Shown here one piece after another: positions 51,711-57,595 of a DNA stretch of 57,595 nucleotides; the first letter of the stretch is position 1; the number at the start of each line of letters is the position of its first letter. The stretch comes from Actinomycetota bacterium (lineage in GTDB: Bacteria > Armatimonadota > SYMT01), in the NCBI GenBank assembly GCA_005798285.1, contig SYKE01000083.1, positions 1 through 57,595 on the forward strand, in the 5' to 3' direction. The notes under the pieces were generated by a model, which was not told the DNA's origin, searched no databases, and saw only the letters and a program-made list of their open reading frames with translations. Made by a program: the position numbers and the translations under genes.

Positions 51711-54242
51711 ATGTCTCCGCGCACGTTTCTCACCCGCTGGTTCTTCGACAACCCCGTCCTCAGGATGGAGATCCGCCGTTGGGAGCGGCGACCCACGCTG
51801 ATGAGGTCGCTCGCGGTGTCAGCTGGCGTCTCGGCAGCGATCTACCTCATCCTCGTCTTCGGCAACCTGGCCCTGAACATGTGGTTCAGAGTCCCGATGC
51901 TGGGGCAGCCCACCGGAGCAGTTGCGTTCTCGATCATCGCGGGGGTGCACCTGCTGATTCAGATCAACAGCGGCAAGACGTGCTTTCCGCTCCTCGCCGA
52001 GGCCGCGGCGGAACGCCTGGAGTTTCTCCGGCTGACGGCGCTGACACCGCGCGAGCTCCTGGGCATGGTCGCAGCCGCACGACTCGTGCTCAGCAGCTAC
52101 ACGCTTCTGGCCCCGGCGCCCATCTACCTGGCACTGATGCTCTACGGCCGAATCTCCCCCCTCGACGTCGTCGGTCTCTATCTCCTGCTGCTTCTCGCAT
52201 CCACGGGCTTCCCCACGCCGATGGAGTCCACCGTGGCCCTGGCGCACCGGGTCGGTTCCGGAACGGCGGACCTGAGCACCAAAGCACTCCAGGCCAAGGG
52301 AAAGCAGGCGAATCCGTTCTGGATGTTCTGGGGAGTGGGACAGGGGATACTGCCCCAATTCATCGGACCGGTCTGGGGGGCGCTGTCCAAGCTGATTCAT
52401 GCCGTGTCATTGCTCACCGGATCCGCATTGACGACATTGCTGCCGTTGACCCTCTTGCCGATCACGGGTCGTCTCCTAGTGGAGCCACTCCCCTTCTTCG
52501 GCGCCAGAATCACCCCAGCACTTCCAGTCATCGCTCTCTGGCTCGCAGCGCAGTACCGACGCTGGTTCAACTCGTCCGAGCTCTGGTTTCGTGAAGCGGT
52601 TTCGATGAAGCTGCCCGGTCGGGGAGAGGCCACTGTATTACCCGAAGACACGGGTCGGACCGGGGAGCAAGCGGTCAACCGGGTGATGGAAACAGTGATT
52701 GCCAGCCTGGTCGGCTTCCTGACTCTCGGTTACATCTGGGCGCCCCTCATCGAGTCCGGCCTGCTCGGCAGATTTGCAGGTGGATCCGACACGCTCGCCG
52801 GTTTGACGGTCTTCCTCGTCCTGGTCTCCGGCGCACGGATCCTGGTGCAGTACGAGCGCCTCCGACTTGGAGTCACCGGCGAGCACACACGGCCGCTGTG
52901 GGGGCTGTTCCCGCTCCTAGCCCTTGCGCTCGGCCCACCCTCCGTGTCGGTTCTGATGGCGGCCATGGCCGGAGGTGAGTCCAACCTCGGGCCCTTGGTC
53001 TCTACCGTCGGCGCCCTGGGTTGCGTCGGTCTCGGCGCAATGATCGCCGGCCGCGCCTGGGGGCAGCTCTCGGCATCCTCCCTGAACTGGGCGCCCCGGC
53101 AGGTTGGGGTCCTGACGGGAGGGTGGGTCGTCTGGACCGTCGGTGGCTACCTTGTGCCACTCATTCTACTGCGCACTGGACTTCAGGCCGAGTGGATGCA
53201 CTATGCAGTCTCCTGGAGTCCCTTCTATGCCCTCCTGGCGCAGCTCCAGGGAGTGCTGAAGGTGCCGGCAGGCGTACGCAGCGAGGTGCTGCTCATCGCT
53301 CCCGCGATCGCCGGAGTCTTGCTTCAACTGCCGCAGGGACGGTTTAAGGCCTCCAGTTCCCAGATCCGAAACGAGCGATCCCAACCGGATCGATTGGAAA
53401 GCTGGCTTGTCAACGCGCTTGGACGCTTCGACAACCCCTTCACCAATCAGCGGCTTCACAGGCGCCTTCGGAAGCCCTATGGAATGCTGTTTCAGGCAGT
53501 TGGCACGCTATTGGTCTGGATGCTGATGATTGTCACCGGCCTTCAGGTGATTACCATGATCAGCGCCCGCAATGGTCTGGCTTCCCCTGGGGCGTGGTTC
53601 TTCGCCTGGGGCTGGCTCAAAGTCACCTGGGGAGTGTGGGCCGTACTGGCAGTTGCCGCCATCTCAGCCTTTTCATCGCTGATGCTGCTGTCGATCCACC
53701 TGTCAACCACCATTACCGCAGAAGCGCAACTCTCTAAGGTTCAGGGGCGCAGGACCGAGCTCTTCCGGACGCCGGTGACACCTCAGGCGGTTGTTCAGGG
53801 ACTGATTGTCGGCGAGGCGATTACCCCGCTTCCCACCTACCTGGCGCTGACCCTCATCTCATTTTCCGCCGCGATGGTTGCGATGCTCGCCGGGGCCCCC
53901 ATCTGGGCGCTTCCGGTGTGGCTACTGGTCCAACTCCAGATCCTGGCGCTCGGCATCCTTTCAGGGCTTGGGGGAATCCAGGGGTGGGAACCTCGACCCT
54001 GGACCGTCGTGCTGGTGTTCGTGTTCACCGTCGGGTTGTGCGTCGTGTTCGCCGTTCTTGGTCCTGTGGCTGTAGCGTTCTTGACGGCCGTCGGCAGAGC
54101 GCTCATTGCCGTGTGGCCAATCGTCGTCGCGGCGCTGTTCGCCAGCACTCTCATTCAAATCCCCCTCGCCTACCGGAAAGCCCTGAAGATCGTCCGCCGG
54201 TGCGGCCTCCCCGAGAACCTGGAGAAAGAGGGGGGAAAGTAA
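51711..54242 (+). CDS. giant polytopic membrane protein, two ABC-2-permease-like modules, function unknown (paralogue 1)
   Basis: Preferred start MSPRTFLTRWFFDNPVLRMEIRRWERRP. It has many hydrophobic segments. AAERLEFLRLTALTPRELLG lies about 90 aa after the N-motif. A second N-motif FDNPFTNQRLHRRLRKP sits at residue 591 of the track ORF (nt 53427), followed by GRRTELFRTPVTPQAVV. Confidence 0.6.
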   Translation: MSPRTFLTRWFFDNPVLRMEIRRWERRPTLMRSLAVSAGVSAAIYLILVFGNLALNMWFRVPMLGQPTGAVAFSIIAGVHLLIQINSGKTCFPLLAEAAAERLEFLRLTALTPRELLGMVAAARLVLSSYTLLAPAPIYLALMLYGRISPLDVVGLYLLLLLASTGFPTPMESTVALAHRVGSGTADLSTKALQAKGKQANPFWMFWGVGQGILPQFIGPVWGALSKLIHAVSLLTGSALTTLLPLTLLPITGRLLVEPLPFFGARITPALPVIALWLAAQYRRWFNSSELWFREAVSMKLPGRGEATVLPEDTGRTGEQAVNRVMETVIASLVGFLTLGYIWAPLIESGLLGRFAGGSDTLAGLTVFLVLVSGARILVQYERLRLGVTGEHTRPLWGLFPLLALALGPPSVSVLMAAMAGGESNLGPLVSTVGALGCVGLGAMIAGRAWGQLSASSLNWAPRQVGVLTGGWVVWTVGGYLVPLILLRTGLQAEWMHYAVSWSPFYALLAQLQGVLKVPAGVRSEVLLIAPAIAGVLLQLPQGRFKASSSQIRNERSQPDRLESWLVNALGRFDNPFTNQRLHRRLRKPYGMLFQAVGTLLVWMLMIVTGLQVITMISARNGLASPGAWFFAWGWLKVTWGVWAVLAVAAISAFSSLMLLSIHLSTTITAEAQLSKVQGRRTELFRTPVTPQAVVQGLIVGEAITPLPTYLALTLISFSAAMVAMLAGAPIWALPVWLLVQLQILALGILSGLGGIQGWEPRPWTVVLVFVFTVGLCVVFAVLGPVAVAFLTAVGRALIAVWPIVVAALFASTLIQIPLAYRKALKIVRRCGLPENLEKEGGK

Positions 54243-54440
54243 CGTCAGGCGCCCAAAAGGACTCCATTCGGTTCGAGTCGAATTGCACCCGATAAATTAC
54301 AATCCGGGTCTGTACAAGTCCGACAGCCGGCAGCAGTCCAGGCTGGCAGTCCCTGGGTGAAACCTGAATGGGCTGAGTCCCATGCCACTTCGCGGACCGG
54401 GACTCGCGGAGCGATCGAGCCGTTGAGGAGCGTCAGAAGC

Positions 54441-56978
54441 GTGAGAATCCTCGACAATCCGACCCTGCAGTTCGAGTTTCGACGCACCGTTCGGGGCCGG
54501 GCGCCCCTTTTTCGGGCTCTCGCGGCAGCGGCTGCGTCGCCGTGCGCCGCCCTGGTTCTCAACGAGTTAGCTGTTGGCCGAGGAGATCGCGGCAGCGAGA
54601 TCGCTGAGCGCGTCGAGGCGCTGGGCCTTGCGTTGATCCTTCACGCGATTCTCGTTGCGCTGCTGCACCGCTTTTGCTTTCCGTTTTTTACGCCACGGGG
54701 CGCATGGCGAGTGCGAGATCTCCTGCTTGCGGGCGCCGCGCCGAGCACAGTGCTTCTGCAAACTGCTCTGGCTCGCCTGACCTGCTCAGCGGCGCTCTGC
54801 GCCGTCGCCGCTCCCGGCTTTCTGATCATGGCGCTGTGGGCGAGCGTACCACCGCTCGCCGTGATCGGAGCGCTCACGCTCGCCTGGCTGCTCGTGGGCG
54901 CAGTTCCCGGCCCCTATGAAGTCGATCTGCCCTCGCTATCTCGAGGCTCGGATACAGGCTCCTCAGAACCCTCGGCGGTTCTCGACACCTTCGGATCCGT
55001 GCCCATCGCGGTCCTGCGCTGGATCTATCTCGCCAAATCGCCCCAACTCACCCGAGCCATAGCCCCGGTTACCGCCGAGATTGTCTCCCGAGTCGGTCTC
55101 AAGCTGGGTTTCACCACCGTCCCGTGGGCGCCGGAGTTCATCCTCGGCTACATCGGAACCTGGCTCATTTCCCCGGCCGAATTGTTTCAGGTTCCACTGG
55201 CGCCTCTGTTTCCGCTGATGGCTCTGTTCGGGCTCTTCCAATGGCGGACATTGGACCTGAACACTGAGCGCCTGCGTCAGACCGGGCTGAGCAACGAAAT
55301 CGGGGCGCCGACGTGCTCGACCGGCCCGCACGGTCTGGCGCTTGAGTTTGCGATGGGAGCTCTCGTCGGCCTGACGGCGCTGGGGTATGGATGGCAAGCG
55401 CTCTTCGAGAGCGGGTCCCTCGGAGCACTTGTCGGCACACAGGATACGCCGCACGCGCTTTCGGCTTTCGTCTGGCTGTTCGGCGGCGCATCTATCCTCC
55501 GCGCGTTTGCGACAGTTGGATTCGCACCCACTCGGCCCTCGGCGAGAATCGTCCCCCGACCTTCGGAGATCATCCTCGGCGTCGGACCGACGGCGGGAGC
55601 CGCGCTCATGGCGACGGCACTGTCAGGGATCGATCCATCTGTCGTTGTTCGAGCGTGCGCGGGGCTTCTGACGGTCGCTGCGGGACTCGCCGGTACGATC
55701 AACGCATTCAACGCCGCTGAGCGACTGGCAACCTGGAGAAACGTGTGGGCCGGGGTCGCTTGTCGGTGCCTCTGGATCCTCCTGCTCCCAATTGCCGCGG
55801 GAGGCCCCCTGCTGCTCGCTGCGAGCACCCAACCCCCCGCCGCTGCGCACCGGGCGCTCGCCTGGAGTCCGATCTACGTCATCCTCACCCAGATGCCGGG
55901 CTTACTGCCGGCCCCATCCTGTATTCCCGTTGGCGACCTGCCCAACGTCCAACTCGTAGCGGGCATCTCACTCGCGTTTCTCCTCGGACTGGCGCAGCGG
56001 AGCGCCACCAAACGAGGCCCCGGCCCACGTCGGCCCGCTCGCCCTCAGCGAATGGAGGAAAACGGCCCTCGCGCAGTCCCCAACTGGGCTCCGCGCTGGG
56101 ACCGAGAACGGCGACTCTCAAGGCTCGAAGAGATCCTGCTCGATGACTCGACTTCTTCAGACGAAGCTCTCTGTGTGTTGGAGGCAGCCCGCCGTCGGCG
56201 CCGCAGCCGTGCGCCCTTTTGGGAAGGGGCGACATCGTGCTTGCTCATCTCAGCGGCAGCCGGAGCCATCAACTGCTTCATCTCGCTCGTGGGCTCCCGG
56301 GTCGGGAGCATCGAACCCCTCACGGTCTTCCTGCTAGGGCCGACGTTGACTGCTTTCCAGGGTTTGGCCGGCGTCATGGGCGCGGCCGGAGGAGCGATCA
56401 TGTGGCCCACGGGGTGGAGCGATTTCGCCCTCAGCGCGCCGAGTCCCGACCGCCTGATTCGAAGCACAATCCGCGTGGCGCTGGCCCGTCAGTACGCGGC
56501 GTGGTTCGGCGCGGCCCTCGGGTGCGTCTGTGCTATCGTGGCTTCCGCCCACTTCGGATTGCAACCCTCCGCCGTGGCCGTCCTTGGGGGCTTCTGGATG
56601 GTCGGAGTCGCGTTCATCCCCCACCGGCTCCTCGTGACCGTCGGTGCAGTTGGCGATAGGAGTCCAGCCCTTCTGCTGGCGATTGCTCCCGTAATCGCCG
56701 TTACCCTGACCGCGCAGACCCTGCTCTGGCGGCTCGGATCGGGCTCCAGTGCTGTAGTCTTCCCCCAGTTGTGGACGGCGCTGATCGTCATCCCGGCGGC
56801 GCTCGCCGCATGGCTGATCGCGCTCATCCCATTTGCATATCGATCCACTCGACAACAGGTCGCCCAACACCTGTCCGTGGAGTGGATCGAACGGCAAGAG
56901 AACGGACCCCAACCGAGATCCGCCACCCATCTGGCTCTGCTTCAGTTGAAGCCCGTAGCAGATGAAAGGTTGCGCTGA
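54441..56978 (+). CDS. giant polytopic membrane protein, paralogue 2 of the 51711..54242 gene
   Basis: GTG 54441 (GAGGAG 10 nt upstream) gives VRILDNPTLQFEFRRTVRGRAPLF. Blocks homologous to paralogue 1: GALVGLTALGYGWQALFESGSLGAL versus ASLVGFLTLGYIWAPLIESGLLGRF, and ALAWSPIYVILTQMPG versus AVSWSPFYALLAQLQG. A second module starts after an Arg-rich linker. Confidence 0.6.
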   Translation: MRILDNPTLQFEFRRTVRGRAPLFRALAAAAASPCAALVLNELAVGRGDRGSEIAERVEALGLALILHAILVALLHRFCFPFFTPRGAWRVRDLLLAGAAPSTVLLQTALARLTCSAALCAVAAPGFLIMALWASVPPLAVIGALTLAWLLVGAVPGPYEVDLPSLSRGSDTGSSEPSAVLDTFGSVPIAVLRWIYLAKSPQLTRAIAPVTAEIVSRVGLKLGFTTVPWAPEFILGYIGTWLISPAELFQVPLAPLFPLMALFGLFQWRTLDLNTERLRQTGLSNEIGAPTCSTGPHGLALEFAMGALVGLTALGYGWQALFESGSLGALVGTQDTPHALSAFVWLFGGASILRAFATVGFAPTRPSARIVPRPSEIILGVGPTAGAALMATALSGIDPSVVVRACAGLLTVAAGLAGTINAFNAAERLATWRNVWAGVACRCLWILLLPIAAGGPLLLAASTQPPAAAHRALAWSPIYVILTQMPGLLPAPSCIPVGDLPNVQLVAGISLAFLLGLAQRSATKRGPGPRRPARPQRMEENGPRAVPNWAPRWDRERRLSRLEEILLDDSTSSDEALCVLEAARRRRRSRAPFWEGATSCLLISAAAGAINCFISLVGSRVGSIEPLTVFLLGPTLTAFQGLAGVMGAAGGAIMWPTGWSDFALSAPSPDRLIRSTIRVALARQYAAWFGAALGCVCAIVASAHFGLQPSAVAVLGGFWMVGVAFIPHRLLVTVGAVGDRSPALLLAIAPVIAVTLTAQTLLWRLGSGSSAVVFPQLWTALIVIPAALAAWLIALIPFAYRSTRQQVAQHLSVEWIERQENGPQPRSATHLALLQLKPVADERLR

Positions 56979-56979
56979 G

Positions 56980-57595
56980 ATGACGCCATTCCGGGGCCTG
57001 GGATACCTGTTTGACAATCCGTTTCAGGATCTTCTCCGCAGGCGGAAGTTGCGACGATCGACTGCTGAAGGCTCCTTGCGGCGAACGGTCGGCTGGTTTG
57101 TCGCCCTCTATGCAGCAGCGTTCGGGACCTGCGCCTGGTTCCACCTCCGGGCGATCGACACGGCTTCAGCACTGATTTCATCGCAGCCTGGAGTGTGGAG
57201 TTGGAGGAACGCCCGGTCTGGGACGCGTTGGAGGTACCGAATTCTACTGCCCTGGCGGAGCTCCCTCGAACCAGGTGGGAGACCTGGCTGGCGCTGCGCA
57301 CGACGAGAGTTGTTCACCTCGCCCTATTGATGCTCCCGGGACTTCCGTTGATCGCAGCGAGCATGATGTTTTCCTCGGCTCCGTGGCAATTCGCATTCGC
57401 TCTCGGACTGCTGCAGGTGTGCATCATGCTAGGAATTCCGCGGGGACTGCGCGACTTCAGCCTGATGCCGCTTGCCCCGCTGGTATTCGTGCCCAGCTTC
57501 ATCCTCGGAAAGCTGCTCCGCGGCGCCGGCGTTCCGCACGTACTCTCGCTAGAGCCCCTGTCGTCCGCGATGCGCTGGGTCGAAGCTGCGGTGGG
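56980..57595 (+). pseudogene. third paralogue of the membrane-protein family, frame-disrupted or split (continues past the window end)
   Basis: The ATG 2 nt after the paralogue-2 stop gives MTPFRGLGYLFDNPFQDLLRRRKLRR plus a TM, then decays to Trp/Arg-rich text and stops at 57330. The -1 frame is open from 57069 to the window end and encodes ELEERPVWDALEVP...HLALLMLPGLPLIAASMMFSSAPWQFAFALGLLQVCIMLG. Confidence 0.4.

Noticed and set aside
1-57595. Search for CRISPR repeats, tRNA/rRNA/tmRNA/RNase P signatures, transposases, integrases, phage genes and toxin-antitoxin pairs
   Set aside because: I saw no spaced direct repeats. No intergenic gap is large enough or carries T-loop (GGTTCGAAT) or RNase P P4 signatures. 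No ORF has recombinase, transposase or phage motifs.

Overview
This is a GC-rich, almost gap-free chromosomal segment with about 44 protein genes. I found no rRNA, tRNA, CRISPR array, transposase, integrase or phage genes. It comes from a diderm bacterium, since kdsA and kdsB are present. All family calls below are by-eye motif recognition on the supplied translations and my own translations; no searches were run.

Gene order, left to right:
- pstSCAB on the minus strand (pstB is cut by the window edge and is missing from the ORF track).
- An amidohydrolase and a CYTH protein.
- A secreted fusion of a degenerate M14-like domain with GH88/105.
- An XPB helicase plus a 733-aa partner.
- A tricorn-protease / metallophosphoesterase / alpha-beta-hydrolase operon.
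- A parvulin PPIase, rsmI, a DtxR-family repressor and an orphan STAS protein.
- A DUF151-nuclease / coiled-coil / xseA / xseB operon.
- A Crp-like regulator plus an orphan ParB/Srx-HTH protein.
- metF, nadA and a DUF309 gene.
- An NPP phosphodiesterase divergent from a MIOX / S9-peptidase / PHP-metallohydrolase operon.
- A purple-acid-phosphatase-like gene.
- mutS2 / degenerate ThiF-like / MtlD-like.
- kdsB and kdsA, DUF1501, and an esterase.
- A two-gene, three-module amidohydrolase set.

At the right edge is a tandem array of three diverged giant polytopic membrane proteins. Each is built from duplicated ABC-2-permease-like modules, no ATPase is in view, and the third copy changes reading frame. 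This array is my best candidate for an undescribed system.

Secondary leads:
- The XPB + partner pair.
- The degenerate ThiF-like gene behind mutS2.
- The orphan ParB-like protein.
- The bacterial MIOX operon.
- A possible NAD+-I (nadA-motif) riboswitch signature upstream of nadA.

Many long antisense ORFs in the track are GC-driven artefacts.
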